Part shown: in pieces, positions 38,666 to 49,463 of the stretch
How positions within the stretch are numbered: the stretch's first letter is position 1
Layout: each line of letters opens with the position of its first letter
NCBI GenBank assembly: GCA_016213405.1
Contig: JACRAM010000057.1
Coordinates: 27,773-91,772, forward strand
Length of the DNA stretch: 64,000 nucleotides
Direction of reading: 5' to 3'
DNA from: Bacteroidota bacterium
GTDB lineage: Bacteria; Bacteroidota; Bacteroidia; Palsa-948
Translations under genes and position numbers: made by a program
Notes under the pieces: generated by a model
Databases searched by the model: none
What the model was told of the DNA's origin: nothing
What the model saw: the letters and a program-made list of their open reading frames with translations, nothing else

Positions 38666-39736
38666 ATGAAATCAAAAAGAAGAATTCGCGTTGCTGCAGT
38701 AATGGTGATTATCCTTTCATCTCTGTCTTTCTGGATGATTTCACACAATGGCAAAGGAACCATCCGCAAGGAACTCTTTGATTTCGCAGTAGCCGATACT
38801 GCTTCTATCTCTAAAATTTACATGGCAAACACAGGTGGAAAACAAATTACAATTGAGAAAGAAAAACCGGGCGAGTGGAAAGTGAACGGGAAATTTAAAG
38901 CGAGAACCGAAGCAGTGAAAAATCTTCTTACCTGCATAAAAGACTTGCAGGTGAGAAACCCGGTGGCTAAAAGCGCTATTGAAAATATTTCCAAACAGAT
39001 GGCAACCTCCTCAACCAAAATTGAGATTTATAACGGAGAAAATTTAATAAAGACGTATTATGTGGGAAGCGACACGCAGGACGGACTCGGCACATTCATG
39101 CTTCTTGTTGACGCGGAGACCGGAGAAAACTCTACCCTGCCTTTTGTAATGTTCATTCCCGGCTTCAACGGATTTCTTTCCGTGAGATACTTTATGGATG
39201 AAGATTTGTGGCGTGACAGAAGCATCTTTTCTTTTTACCCGGATCAGATTTCATCCATATCCGTTGAGTATACCCGCTACAGGGATTCATCCTTCACTAT
39301 TTATTTTTCTGATAAAAATGAAATTTCAATCGCAGACAGCAAGGGTGCCAATCTTCCCAGCTTCGATACCCTCAAAGCAAAACGCTATATTACCTACTAC
39401 TCAAACATCCAGTATGATGCTTTGAAAAATCAGTTGCGTGATTCTTTTAAAGATTCAGTTATTGCAAAAGGACCGGTGCACATTATCAAACTTAAAGACC
39501 GGAAAGGTAAAATTCATGTTGTGAAAACATTTTCAAAACAACCGGATAATCCCGGGCAAATTGATGAAGTTACCGGCAAGCCGATAGTCGAAGACCTTGA
39601 GCGCATGTTTGTATTAATCAATGACGATAAAGATTTTGCGCTCATTCAATATTATGTCTTTGGAAAACTTTTTATTGGCATTTCCTACTTCAAAACTCCC
39701 GTTTCGTCCGACAAAGCAATTGGTGTTAAGAAATAG
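38666..39736 (+). CDS. DUF4340-like membrane-anchored protein
   Basis: N-terminal TM, DFAVADTA, PGFNGFL..RY, WRDRSIF; typical position after gldG. Confidence 0.65.
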   Translation: MKSKRRIRVAAVMVIILSSLSFWMISHNGKGTIRKELFDFAVADTASISKIYMANTGGKQITIEKEKPGEWKVNGKFKARTEAVKNLLTCIKDLQVRNPVAKSAIENISKQMATSSTKIEIYNGENLIKTYYVGSDTQDGLGTFMLLVDAETGENSTLPFVMFIPGFNGFLSVRYFMDEDLWRDRSIFSFYPDQISSISVEYTRYRDSSFTIYFSDKNEISIADSKGANLPSFDTLKAKRYITYYSNIQYDALKNQLRDSFKDSVIAKGPVHIIKLKDRKGKIHVVKTFSKQPDNPGQIDEVTGKPIVEDLERMFVLINDDKDFALIQYYVFGKLFIGISYFKTPVSSDKAIGVKK

Positions 39737-39836
39737 TGAAGAAGTTGTGTAAAAGTATGCTCTCAGGAGGTAATTTTTTTATCCTTATTAATTACTTTCG
39801 TTCCCCATTCAACCTAACAAATAATTTATAACAAAA

Positions 39837-40955
39837 ATGAAATTCATCGTCTCCAGTTCAGCATTATTAAAACAGCTTTCTGCGCTCAGCGGAGTGCTCA
39901 GCACCAGCAACGCGCTTCCCATTCTTGATAATTTTCTTTTTCAGATAAATAAAGGAGAATTAAAAATTTCTGCTTCCGATCTGGAAACAACCATGACTGC
40001 CTCGCTTCCTGTTGAATCAAAAGATTCAGGAACGATTGCGGTTCCTGCACGATTGCTTTTGGATACATTAAAAACCTTTCCGGAACAGCCATTGACATTC
40101 ACTATTGATAAGAAAAAATTCGCCATAGAAATTTCCTCTGACTACGGAAAATACAAACTCACCGGTCATGACGGAGAAGATTTTCCGAAGATTGCGGAAA
40201 TAGAATCTCCTTCTTCTTTTGAAATGGAAGCCGATACGCTGAACAAAGCCATCAGCAAAACATTATTTGCAGTGGGAAATGACGAACTCCGCCCGGTGAT
40301 GTGCGGTGTGTTTGTACAATTGGAATCAAACGGAATCACGTTTGTTTCTACAGACGCGCATAAATTGGTACGTTACAAACGCAGTGATGCGAAATCAAAA
40401 AAAGCAAGTTCATACATTATTCCCAGAAAGCCGCTCACGCTTCTTAAAAATGTTTTAGCAGGAGATGGAAAAGTGAAAGTGGAATACAACAACACGAATG
40501 TTTCTTTCTCTTTCGGAAATTCTCATCTGATTTCCCGCCTCATTGATGGTAAATATCCAAACTATGATGCCGTGATTCCGAAAGAAAATCCAAATAAACT
40601 TATAGTGGACCGTGAAGCTTTTTTGAATTCCATTCGCAGAGTTTCCATCTTCGCTAATAAAACAACTCACCAGGTTCGGCTGAAAGTAAAAGGAAGCGAG
40701 CTAAATGTTTCAGCGGAAGATTTGGATTTCTCCAACGAAGCCAGCGAGCGCCTCACCTGCAATTATAAAGGAGAGGATATGGAAATAGGCTTTAACTCAA
40801 AATTTCTTGCCGAAATGCTCAGCAACATGGACAGCGAAGAAGTGCAATTTGAAATGAGCAGTCCGAACCGCGCGGGAGTGATGATTCCGGCAAAGAACGG
40901 AAACAAAGAGGAGGACATCCTCATGCTGGTGATGCCGGTGATGCTCAATAACTAA
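39837..40955 (+). CDS. dnaN: DNA polymerase III beta sliding clamp
   Basis: MKFIVSSS, ASDLE, TDAHKL, LIDGKYPNY, LVMPVML. Confidence 0.97.
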   Translation: MKFIVSSSALLKQLSALSGVLSTSNALPILDNFLFQINKGELKISASDLETTMTASLPVESKDSGTIAVPARLLLDTLKTFPEQPLTFTIDKKKFAIEISSDYGKYKLTGHDGEDFPKIAEIESPSSFEMEADTLNKAISKTLFAVGNDELRPVMCGVFVQLESNGITFVSTDAHKLVRYKRSDAKSKKASSYIIPRKPLTLLKNVLAGDGKVKVEYNNTNVSFSFGNSHLISRLIDGKYPNYDAVIPKENPNKLIVDREAFLNSIRRVSIFANKTTHQVRLKVKGSELNVSAEDLDFSNEASERLTCNYKGEDMEIGFNSKFLAEMLSNMDSEEVQFEMSSPNRAGVMIPAKNGNKEEDILMLVMPVMLNN

Positions 40956-41056
40956 TTTTTGTATTCTGCTTTGCATCGAATTTCCAAGATTGAGTTAAAA
41001 AATATTTTGACTTTCTTAATCTATTACTTACGTTTACATATTAATTTCTCTATGGA

Positions 41057-42415
41057 ATGAAAAAACATTTTCTTTTTTTGCTTCTCATTTCTCAATTCTC
41101 TTTTTTTCCTCCTGCATTTGCTCAATCTCAAATTTGCTTAGACATCGGTCAGCCCATCGATAACTTGACAGGGCAGATTTATGTGAACTACGGTGTGATA
41201 GCAAATACCTGCACGCCAAATGTTCGTTTGAATTTTATTCTCGGTCCGTGGAATTCTCCCGATGACGTTACTCTACACAACGGAAAAACATGGAAACAGA
41301 CATACGATGAAATTGTAGACAGCCTGATAAACCGCGGAATAACTATTTACGGTTTAATTGGCGCACAGATTTCATACAATGCCATAGGAGATTTTCTTAT
41401 TAATTACCCGAGTGACACACAAGCTGATTCCGCTCAGGCATCTCAATGGGAGCAGGATTATGTTTACAATTTTGTTAGCGTGGTGGATAAATTTAAAGAC
41501 CGTATTCGCTCATTTGAATCTTATAACGAGCCAAACAACTGGGACAACGGCTGGACTTCTGTTGTCTGCGCGAAATGGTTTGCATTAATGCTTCAGGATA
41601 TTTATCTCAACACAAAATATTTCAACGGACATGCAACGGATCCACTATGGCAGGTAAATTTAATTTCCGGTCCGCTTTTCACTTTTGATTTAAATGACGG
41701 TTCTTCTTATCTGAATGACACCTACAATTACGGAAAAAATATCTGGGCATGGGACTGGACGCACGCGCAAACAGGAAGTTATCCGCTGGATGGAATCGGA
41801 ATGCATATTTATTGCGCGCAGGGAACCAATGATTCAGCAACAGTTGTAAATGCAATGTCGGCAAACATCAATGCGATGTACAGTGCCATTACAAACTGGG
41901 AAGGAGTCACAAATAAACAAATCTGGATTTCTGAATTTGGCTGGGAATCATTAACAATAACCGAACAAGGACAAGCAGATAATTTGAAAAATGCATTTAA
42001 TCTTTTGCTGAACGATACACGAATTGGTCTTGCAACATTTTTTACAATCCGCGACTGGCCCGGTTATTACTGGGGAATGTATTATTGGGGAAATTTTTCT
42101 GCTGCTGACAGAAAACTTGCCTACTATGAATTTCTGAATATTACGAATTGCAGCCCAACATCTGTTGCTGAAATGGCTAATGAAAAACCAACTCTTTTGT
42201 TTGACGCCTCAACAGGGAACTATATGTTGAATTTTTCCGGGAATGAAAAAATAAAAATTGAAATCTGGAATTCACTTGGGGAAAAGATTTCTGAAATAGA
42301 AAATAAATCTCCTTCTATATCTATTAGCAAAAATTCTCTTGGAGTAAATTCAGGAATATATTTCCTGCGTGTAGAAAGAGAAAGCTATTCTTCAGTTTTT
42401 AAACTTATCTTCTGA
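41057..42415 (+). CDS. Clan GH-A glycoside hydrolase with T9SS-like C-terminal domain
   Basis: Signal peptide; catalytic YNEPN and WISEFGW; tail IWNSLGE...GIYFLRV...FKLI. Confidence 0.75.
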   Translation: MKKHFLFLLLISQFSFFPPAFAQSQICLDIGQPIDNLTGQIYVNYGVIANTCTPNVRLNFILGPWNSPDDVTLHNGKTWKQTYDEIVDSLINRGITIYGLIGAQISYNAIGDFLINYPSDTQADSAQASQWEQDYVYNFVSVVDKFKDRIRSFESYNEPNNWDNGWTSVVCAKWFALMLQDIYLNTKYFNGHATDPLWQVNLISGPLFTFDLNDGSSYLNDTYNYGKNIWAWDWTHAQTGSYPLDGIGMHIYCAQGTNDSATVVNAMSANINAMYSAITNWEGVTNKQIWISEFGWESLTITEQGQADNLKNAFNLLLNDTRIGLATFFTIRDWPGYYWGMYYWGNFSAADRKLAYYEFLNITNCSPTSVAEMANEKPTLLFDASTGNYMLNFSGNEKIKIEIWNSLGEKISEIENKSPSISISKNSLGVNSGIYFLRVERESYSSVFKLIF

Positions 42416-42457
42416 TTGCCCACTTTCTGGTAAGCCGGAGGGCGCTTGGTTTTTATT

Positions 42458-43078
42458 TTATATCTTCCATTCTCCGTTATCCTCTTCCTCCTCATTCCAC
42501 TCAAATTTTTTTGCCTGCGGGCCTTCTTTGCGAAAATAAAATGCGGTGATGATTCCTGCCAGCGAGCCGAGCAAATGTGATTCCCATGAAATCTCGCGAT
42601 GAATCGGAAAAATTCCCCACACTAAACTTCCATAGAGAAAAACTACCAGAAGCGAAAGCACCATTAATGATCTTTCTTTTCTGAAAATCCCACTGAAGAA
42701 AAGAAATGAAGCGAAGCCGTATACCAATCCGCTTGCGCCAATGTGATAGGCTTCTCTTCCAGCCGCCCATAGCCATATACCGCTCATAAGATACACCCAG
42801 AAGAAAACTGAAAAAGCAATAGGGCGGTAAAAATAAAAGGTCATTCCTCCGAGAACAAGAAGCGGAATACTGTTGGAAGAAAGATGATTGAATGAACTAT
42901 GGACTAATGGACATGTTAAAATGCCGATAAGCCCGCTGTATGCGCGTGGATACAATCCAAACAGGATAAAGTCTGTGTTAAAAATAATTTCAGCCAACTT
43001 TACTGCCCATAATAGAGCAACGAATAACACAGGATAAAGTATGCTTCGGAATATTTTTTGTTTTTCAGAATTGTCCAT
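42458..43078 (-). CDS. Rhomboid family intramembrane serine protease
   Basis: H....H...N, HIGASG, SWESHLLG; likely start MDNSEK. Confidence 0.9.
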   Translation of the reverse strand: MDNSEKQKIFRSILYPVLFVALLWAVKLAEIIFNTDFILFGLYPRAYSGLIGILTCPLVHSSFNHLSSNSIPLLVLGGMTFYFYRPIAFSVFFWVYLMSGIWLWAAGREAYHIGASGLVYGFASFLFFSGIFRKERSLMVLSLLVVFLYGSLVWGIFPIHREISWESHLLGSLAGIITAFYFRKEGPQAKKFEWNEEEEDNGEWKI

Positions 43079-43151
43079 AAGTCCGGTTTTAGTCAATGAC
43101 CGTTCCAATTGCGAAGTTATGACATTGAGTCAGATTGTTTACATTTGACCT

Positions 43152-43667
43152 ATGAAACGAATTGTATCCATAGCACTTCTTTCACTCTTCCTCTTCAGCA
43201 TAGTGGGATATTATATTCTGTTTCTTGCGATGGATTCACAGAATAGAAATGAAATACAAAGCAGTTTGTTTCAGAATACTTCTCTTGAGACATTGCGGAT
43301 TCACAAATCAGAACTCAAAAACATACTTTTAAAAGATAACGGCAAAGAAATTTCATTCAATGGAGAAATGTATGATGTGAGCGGTGAATCTTTTGATGGT
43401 GATTATATTACCTTTCATTGCAAGCATGACCAGAAAGAAACCACACTCCTCGCAGGACTTGACAAACAAGTGAAGAATAATTCAGATTCAAAATCATCTT
43501 CTGAGAAAAAACAAAACGGCAAAAAACCTGTGAAGGATTTATTCTTTCATCAAAACAAAATGACTGTGATTTCATCTGCCGCATTTGAATTTCCATCTGC
43601 CATCTGCCATTTTACATCTTACATCTCCTCTACCGTTTCTCTTCCTCCCGAAGTTTCTATTGTTTAG
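43152..43667 (+). CDS. Hypothetical protein upstream of TonB-dependent receptor
   Basis: N-terminal TM, EISFNGEMYDV, CKHD, C-terminal PPE. Confidence 0.65.
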   Translation: MKRIVSIALLSLFLFSIVGYYILFLAMDSQNRNEIQSSLFQNTSLETLRIHKSELKNILLKDNGKEISFNGEMYDVSGESFDGDYITFHCKHDQKETTLLAGLDKQVKNNSDSKSSSEKKQNGKKPVKDLFFHQNKMTVISSAAFEFPSAICHFTSYISSTVSLPPEVSIV

Positions 43668-43732
43668 TTCCGGCAAATTCAACCGTTCTCCGAAAATTCG
43701 GAAGAACATATTCAACTCGTTAAATTCTTATT

Positions 43733-45997
43733 ATGAAAAAGATTACAATGTTATTCTCATCAGCATTTATTTTCATGAATGTTTTTGCGCAAGACAACGA
43801 TACCATCAATAAAGTCATTCAGTTGAATGAAATGGTGATTTCGGCAAATAAATCAGAAGAAAAAAAATCTGACATACCGCAAACGATCGAAATCATTAAA
43901 AGTAGGGATGTAGAGTTCAATAATCCGCAGACATCAGCTGATATGCTTCAGAGCACGGGAAATGTTTTCGTGCAGAAAAGTCAGGCAGGCGGAGGAAGTC
44001 CGGTGCTGAGGGGTTTTGAAGCGAACAGAGTTTTAATTGTAATTGACGGAATACGAATGAACAATGCTATTTACCGCGCTGGGCATTTGCAGGACGTAAT
44101 CACCGTTGACAACATGATGCTCGATAGAACGGAAGTTCTTTTTGGTCCAGCTTCCGTGATGTACGGGAGCGATGCACTGGGAGGCGTGATGCACTTCTAC
44201 ACAAAAAATCCTGAACTCGTCCGCAAGGACTCCTTCGGAGGAGATACTTCTGGCGTGAATACGAAAATAAATATCGGGCTTCGCTATTCAAGTGCGAACA
44301 GGGAAAACACCGCACATATCAATTTGAATCTTGGATACAAAAAAGTTGCTTTCCTCACCGGCATAACTTCGAGTGATTTTTCTGATTTAAGAAGCGGAAG
44401 TGTCCGTCCGCCATTTGACAAGCCATTCGGCAAGTGCAATTATTATGTGGTGCAATTGGACAGTCTGGATACGCTCATCAGAAACTCTGACCCGAATGTT
44501 CAGCGGTTTTCAGGATACAAACAATTTGACGTGATGCAGAAAATTCTTTTCCGGCAAAACAGCAGTGTTTCTCATCTTGTGAATTTTCAGTATTCCAATT
44601 CATCTGACATTCCGCGCTATGATCGCCTTCAGCAGTTTCAGCCCAACGCGGAACCCGTGTATGCAAAATGGCATTACGGTCCGCAGAAAAGAATTCTCGC
44701 TTCTCTGAAAACAAAAATTCTTTCGGAAGGAAAATTTTTTAATGACATGAACATCATTCTTGCCTGGCAGAATATTGAGCAAGAACGCGTGAGCAGAAAA
44801 TATAAAAAGACGAGCGAGAAAGACCAGCTGGAAAATGTGGGCGTTTATTCCGCGAACATTGATTTCAGAAAAGAGATAAATCCCGTAGGAACTTCTTCCA
44901 ACGGGATAAAAGAAAAACACGAACTGCATTACGGCATTGAAGGAACTTACAACGATGTGCAGTCCTCCGCCACGATGACGGATATTTTTACAAAAGTTGA
45001 AACCGCTACCGCACCTCGCTATCCCGATGGAGGAAGCACAATGATGACTTCCGCCATGTATCTTTCTCACAGCTGGGAGATAAATGAAAAATATATTCTC
45101 ACCGATGGCATTCGGTTTAACTATGTTGATTTGAAATCGCAGTGGAAAGACACCTCACTTTTTCATTTCCCGTTTTCTTCCATTGAACAAAAAAACAATG
45201 CTCTTAATGGGAATATTGGTTTCGTTGCCATGCCGGGATTCGGATGGAGATTCACTCTCCTTGGCTCAAGCGGGTTCCGCGCGCCAAATGTGGATGACAT
45301 GGGAAAAGTGAATGAGTCTGCTCAGGGACAACTCATTGTTCCGAATCCCGTTCTGAAACCCGAGTTCGCTTACAGCAGTGAAGCGGGGATTTCAAAAAAC
45401 TTCAGCGGGAAAGTAAAAATGGAAGCAGTTTATTTCTACACGCTTCTTCAAAATGCTATCGTGGTGAAAGACGATAAGTTTAACGGAGCCGATTCTGTTT
45501 TGTACGATGGCGTGATGAGCAAAGTGCAGTCGGCACAAAACGCAGATGAAGCATACATACAAGGATTTTCTGCAAACTTCATGGCAGACTTTGATGAAAA
45601 TTTTTCTCTGAAGAGTTCGATAAATTACACATACGGAATGTATAAAGACAAAGCAAACGATACGCTTGTTCCGATGGATCACATTCCGCCTGTGTTCGGG
45701 CAGACCACATTAATATATCACTATAAAAGAATTGAAACTGAATTTAACGTTCGATACAACGGATGGAAGCGCCTCGAAGATTACAGTCCGAGCGGAGAAG
45801 ATAATCTGGCACAAGCAACCGCTTATGGAATGCCGGCATGGTACACACTCAATTTTAAAACTGCGTTCGAAATAAATCCGCACATGAAAATCATCGTTGG
45901 AATGGATAATATCCTCGACATGCACTATCGCACTTTTGCTTCAGGCGTGAGCGCTCCCGGAAGAAATTTCATTTTTGCGATAAGAGCCAAACTATAA
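43733..45997 (+). CDS. TonB-dependent outer-membrane receptor (heme/hemoglobin-receptor-like)
   Basis: Plug QKSQAGGGSPVLRGFEANR..., GSDALGG, FRAPN, NPVLKPE, DNILD, APGRNF. Confidence 0.9.
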   Translation: MKKITMLFSSAFIFMNVFAQDNDTINKVIQLNEMVISANKSEEKKSDIPQTIEIIKSRDVEFNNPQTSADMLQSTGNVFVQKSQAGGGSPVLRGFEANRVLIVIDGIRMNNAIYRAGHLQDVITVDNMMLDRTEVLFGPASVMYGSDALGGVMHFYTKNPELVRKDSFGGDTSGVNTKINIGLRYSSANRENTAHINLNLGYKKVAFLTGITSSDFSDLRSGSVRPPFDKPFGKCNYYVVQLDSLDTLIRNSDPNVQRFSGYKQFDVMQKILFRQNSSVSHLVNFQYSNSSDIPRYDRLQQFQPNAEPVYAKWHYGPQKRILASLKTKILSEGKFFNDMNIILAWQNIEQERVSRKYKKTSEKDQLENVGVYSANIDFRKEINPVGTSSNGIKEKHELHYGIEGTYNDVQSSATMTDIFTKVETATAPRYPDGGSTMMTSAMYLSHSWEINEKYILTDGIRFNYVDLKSQWKDTSLFHFPFSSIEQKNNALNGNIGFVAMPGFGWRFTLLGSSGFRAPNVDDMGKVNESAQGQLIVPNPVLKPEFAYSSEAGISKNFSGKVKMEAVYFYTLLQNAIVVKDDKFNGADSVLYDGVMSKVQSAQNADEAYIQGFSANFMADFDENFSLKSSINYTYGMYKDKANDTLVPMDHIPPVFGQTTLIYHYKRIETEFNVRYNGWKRLEDYSPSGEDNLAQATAYGMPAWYTLNFKTAFEINPHMKIIVGMDNILDMHYRTFASGVSAPGRNFIFAIRAKL

Positions 45998-45998
45998 G

Positions 45999-46079
45999 AA
46001 GCCCCACCCCTTCCCTCCCCATTAGGGAGGGAGAAAGTAATGCAAGTCCTCCCCAATGGGGAGGATTTAGGAGGGGCTT
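45999..46079. repeat. Intergenic twin-hairpin palindromic element (family A)
   Basis: AAGCCCC-[CCCTCCCC att AGGGAGGG]-[TCCTCCCC aat GGGGAGGA]-GGGGCTT; near-identical reverse copy inside lysC. Confidence 0.9.
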
Positions 46080-46098
46080 TTTTATTTTACATTTGTAT

Positions 46099-46974
46099 AT
46101 GTACAACGAACTCATGCTCAACCCAAATTCCCTCAAAGACAAAATCATCATTGTTACTGGAGGAGGAACAGGACTTGGAAAATCAATGGTGAAATGTTTT
46201 CTCCAGCTGGGAGCAAAGGTTGCCATCGCCAGCAGAAAAGAAGATGTGCTAAAAAAAACTGCCGAGGAACTTGCAAAAGAAACAGGCGGAGAAATTCTTC
46301 CAGTAAAATGCGATGTGCGCAATTACGAAGAAGTGGAAGCGATGATGAAAACTGTAATTGAAAAATTCGGAAGCTTTAATGTGCTTGTGAATAATGCCGC
46401 AGGAAATTTCATCAGCCCCACGGAAAGATTATCTCACCGCGCATTTGATACTGTAGTTGATATTGTTCTCAAAGGTTCTTACAACTGCGCGCTCGCTGCC
46501 GGAAAATACTGGATAAAAGAAAAAATAAAAGGAAACGTTCTCAGCACACTTGCCGCGTATGCATTCACGGGTTCAGGATATGTAGTGCCTTCCGCCTGCG
46601 GAAAAGCAGGAGTGCTTGCGCTCACGCAATCGCTCGCAGTGGAATGGGGAAAATTTGGAATTCGTTTGAATGCAGTTACACCCGGACCATTTCCTTCTGA
46701 AGGAGCGTGGTCTCGCTTAATGCCGGGAGAAATGTTTAAAAAGTTTGACCCGGCAAATACCACCGCGCTCGGCAGAATGGGCGAACATCAGGAACTCGCC
46801 AACCTATGCTCTTTTCTTGTTTCTGATTTCTCCTCGTACATCACCGGAGAAAATATTGTGATTGATGCGGGGCAATGGCTCAAAGGCGCAGGGCAATTCA
46901 ACGCGCTCGATATGGTTCCCAAAGAGATGTGGGATACCATTGAACAGCTTACACGCAAAGGAAAATCTTCGTAG
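46099..46974 (+). CDS. SDR oxidoreductase, 2,4-dienoyl-CoA reductase-like
   Basis: TGGGTGLG, NNAAGNF, SACGKAG, SLAVEWG. Confidence 0.85.
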   Translation: MYNELMLNPNSLKDKIIIVTGGGTGLGKSMVKCFLQLGAKVAIASRKEDVLKKTAEELAKETGGEILPVKCDVRNYEEVEAMMKTVIEKFGSFNVLVNNAAGNFISPTERLSHRAFDTVVDIVLKGSYNCALAAGKYWIKEKIKGNVLSTLAAYAFTGSGYVVPSACGKAGVLALTQSLAVEWGKFGIRLNAVTPGPFPSEGAWSRLMPGEMFKKFDPANTTALGRMGEHQELANLCSFLVSDFSSYITGENIVIDAGQWLKGAGQFNALDMVPKEMWDTIEQLTRKGKSS

Positions 46975-47064
46975 AACCGCCCCCTCCAGACCTGTCCCGA
47001 TCGTAGCATCGGGAGGGGGACAAACACACTCACGGCACAAACCCCGTTGAACAAAAAACTATTT

Positions 47065-48024
47065 CTACGGGGTAAACTCCCACACCTCATGCAGGCAGAA
47101 GAAATAACATTTTCCCTGAAGGACAAACGCAGGAGAAAAATATTTTGATGGCAATTGAGAATCTTTTTTCTCTGTCCATGAGTCAGAAGACGGATTGTAT
47201 TCAAGCAAATTATTTTTTCCGCGAATAACATATCCTTTCCCACCAACAGAAAACGCACACAACGTGTCGTTTCCGGCAATAGGAAGGTCATTCTTATTTA
47301 TCCATTCAAGAGTGCGCGGATTAAATTCCCATAGCTGGTTGATGCAAACCCTTTTCTTATAGATGGAAGTAATGATGAATTCCCTTCCTCCCGCAGAAAA
47401 ATCAATATTGCTCCCGTTAATGTCAGAGTAACCGGGAGCAAGCGCCTTCTTTCCCCATTCGCTCTCAGTCCATGTATCGGTTAAAGGATTATACTTTTTT
47501 AAAACCCTGTATTCAGCATTCACACTCCAGGCAGTATCGTTTACCCCGTTGGATGAATCTCCTGCGGGGTGAAGCACAAAACAAATATCGCGGTCGGCTA
47601 AATAGTTATCGTTCCTTTTCGACCAGGTGTTTGCCAAAGGGTCAAACTCATACAGGTCCGGCTTGTAATCATTGCCTCCTGCGTTGGCTCCATACGGCAT
47701 AATGAAATAACCATAGCCAACATATCCTTTGCCGTTCAGGGAAAAACCCTTGGCGCCCAATCGCCCGCCATTCGGGAATTCCGCTTTCTGAGTCCAGGTG
47801 TTTTCTTCCGCGTCATACTCCCAAAAGTCATTGTATACTTTGTAAGTAAAAACCTCAATTTGTTTTTGCCCCATTCCGTAATATCCTTTGTTGCCTATTG
47901 AAAAGCTCACGGCAAAAAACCGCGAAGAGCCCGGAAAATCTTTTTTCTTTGTCCATTGCGAAAAACAGCTGGCAGCAGGCAAGAGGCAACAGGCAAAAAG
48001 GAAAAGAAGAAGTTTTGCTTTCAC
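47065..48024 (-). CDS. Secreted Kelch-repeat beta-propeller protein
   Basis: Repeats FSIGNKGY..G...DFWEYD...NTWTQK; probable GTG start at 48024 just after TATCTTTG. Confidence 0.75.
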   Translation of the reverse strand: MKAKLLLFLFACCLLPAASCFSQWTKKKDFPGSSRFFAVSFSIGNKGYYGMGQKQIEVFTYKVYNDFWEYDAEENTWTQKAEFPNGGRLGAKGFSLNGKGYVGYGYFIMPYGANAGGNDYKPDLYEFDPLANTWSKRNDNYLADRDICFVLHPAGDSSNGVNDTAWSVNAEYRVLKKYNPLTDTWTESEWGKKALAPGYSDINGSNIDFSAGGREFIITSIYKKRVCINQLWEFNPRTLEWINKNDLPIAGNDTLCAFSVGGKGYVIRGKNNLLEYNPSSDSWTEKKDSQLPSKYFSPAFVLQGKCYFFCLHEVWEFTP

Positions 48025-48124
48025 ATAACAAAGATAATTTTTTGAATAAGTCCAGTGAATGGAGATTGCACTTCTCGAAAATGCATTAAAATAAGAATAG
48101 GATTGTAAAAGTGGGGGACAAACA

Positions 48125-49330
48125 TCAAAACATTTTTCGGTAACACCGCTTACGCTTGTGCTGAATATGCTCGTAACTCTTCCAGTTGGAAATGGCGTTG
48201 AGGTTGGTTTCAAAAATGCCGGTGGTCTCTATGTGCTTCATCCCCTTGCTCACCATTTCTTTCTGTATCTCTGCCATGAGAACCACACCCGCGCCTGTGT
48301 ACATCACTTCTTTTTTCACGCCTGTGAGCAGTTGGTCCATCACATCCTTGCCTTTGCGTGCCTTGAGGATGTGCAAAAAACCGAACGGGAAAAGTTTTCC
48401 GTTTGCTTTTTGCATGGCTTCGGATAAAGAAGGAAGACCTACGATGAATCCAACCAAAGCCCCCCTTAATCCCCCCGAAAGGGGGAAACTTGCGGATGCT
48501 TTTCCTGTGCTCCCCCCTTTGGGGGGAGGGGCTATTACCATCTTTACAAATTCAGGATTGAGAAGCTTGATATATTTCTCTTTGTAGAACGCCATCATCT
48601 TAGGAGAAAACTCTGAAACGAACGGGAGTTCGCTGAACGCGTCATTAAGTATCTTGAAAATAGTATCGGAATGCGGAAGCAGTTCATTCATTGTTTTAAA
48701 ATGAAGCACTTCTATGCCGTAGCGTTTCTGAATCAGTGCAGCACCGCGGGTTACTTTATCCACGATTCTCGGGTTGACAGTGAGGCGGAACTCGAGCCAG
48801 TCAATTTCTTTTACGTAGCCGAGTTTTTCTAAGTGCCGGTGATAATATTCATGATGATACACCGAACCGATAGATTGCAGATGGTTAAAACCTTCCACCA
48901 ACATTCCCTGCGTATCTAAATTCGCAAAGCCAAGCGGACCGTGAATGCCGATGGCTCCGTTTTCTTTTGCCCATGCTTCAACAGTGGAAATAAGCTTTGC
49001 GATTACTTCTGGAGAACCTGTGGTGAGCGGAGTCGAACCATCAAAGAATTCCAAGCGCGAGAAGCGCGCCATCTTTTCGTCTGTCTTTTTATTGTACTCT
49101 TCATTGATGATGGCTCCGATCCTTCCAACGCACTTGCCGTTCTTATAGGCTAACCAGAACTTTGCCTTGCAGAAATCAAACGCAGGATTTGTTTCCGCGA
49201 AAAGCGATTTCATTTCTCCTGCCTTCAATGGAGGAACCCAAAATTTATTGCCTTTGTAAATGTCAAACGGAAGATTTACAAACTGCTTTGCGTCACTCTT
49301 TGATTTAACTTGCTTTATTTCTATTGACAT
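48125..49330 (-). CDS. Tandem GNAT-fold protein (YghO-like)
   Basis: WVPPL, GRIGAIIN, GP.GF.N.D..GML.EGF, NGKLFPFG. Confidence 0.7.
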   Translation of the reverse strand: MSIEIKQVKSKSDAKQFVNLPFDIYKGNKFWVPPLKAGEMKSLFAETNPAFDFCKAKFWLAYKNGKCVGRIGAIINEEYNKKTDEKMARFSRLEFFDGSTPLTTGSPEVIAKLISTVEAWAKENGAIGIHGPLGFANLDTQGMLVEGFNHLQSIGSVYHHEYYHRHLEKLGYVKEIDWLEFRLTVNPRIVDKVTRGAALIQKRYGIEVLHFKTMNELLPHSDTIFKILNDAFSELPFVSEFSPKMMAFYKEKYIKLLNPEFVKMVIAPPPKGGSTGKASASFPLSGGLRGALVGFIVGLPSLSEAMQKANGKLFPFGFLHILKARKGKDVMDQLLTGVKKEVMYTGAGVVLMAEIQKEMVSKGMKHIETTGIFETNLNAISNWKSYEHIQHKRKRCYRKMF

Positions 49331-49463
49331 AATTCTTTCTAACGGACAAATGTAATTCTATTTAATAAAATTCCAACGAAGTACAAATCGTTACGAACTA
49401 CGAACGAATGTATTATTCGCTCTTCGTATGTTCGTGAATTTTTGTTCGTACTTCGATGGGGTT

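Noticed and set aside
39737..39836. oriC next to dnaN
   Set aside because: No dnaA and no cluster of TTATCCACA boxes; only a promoter-like TACTTTCG.
48025..48213. N-terminal 63 aa of the 382-aa Kelch ORF
   Set aside because: Overlaps the upstream gene and the promoter box; the signal peptide begins at GTG 48024.
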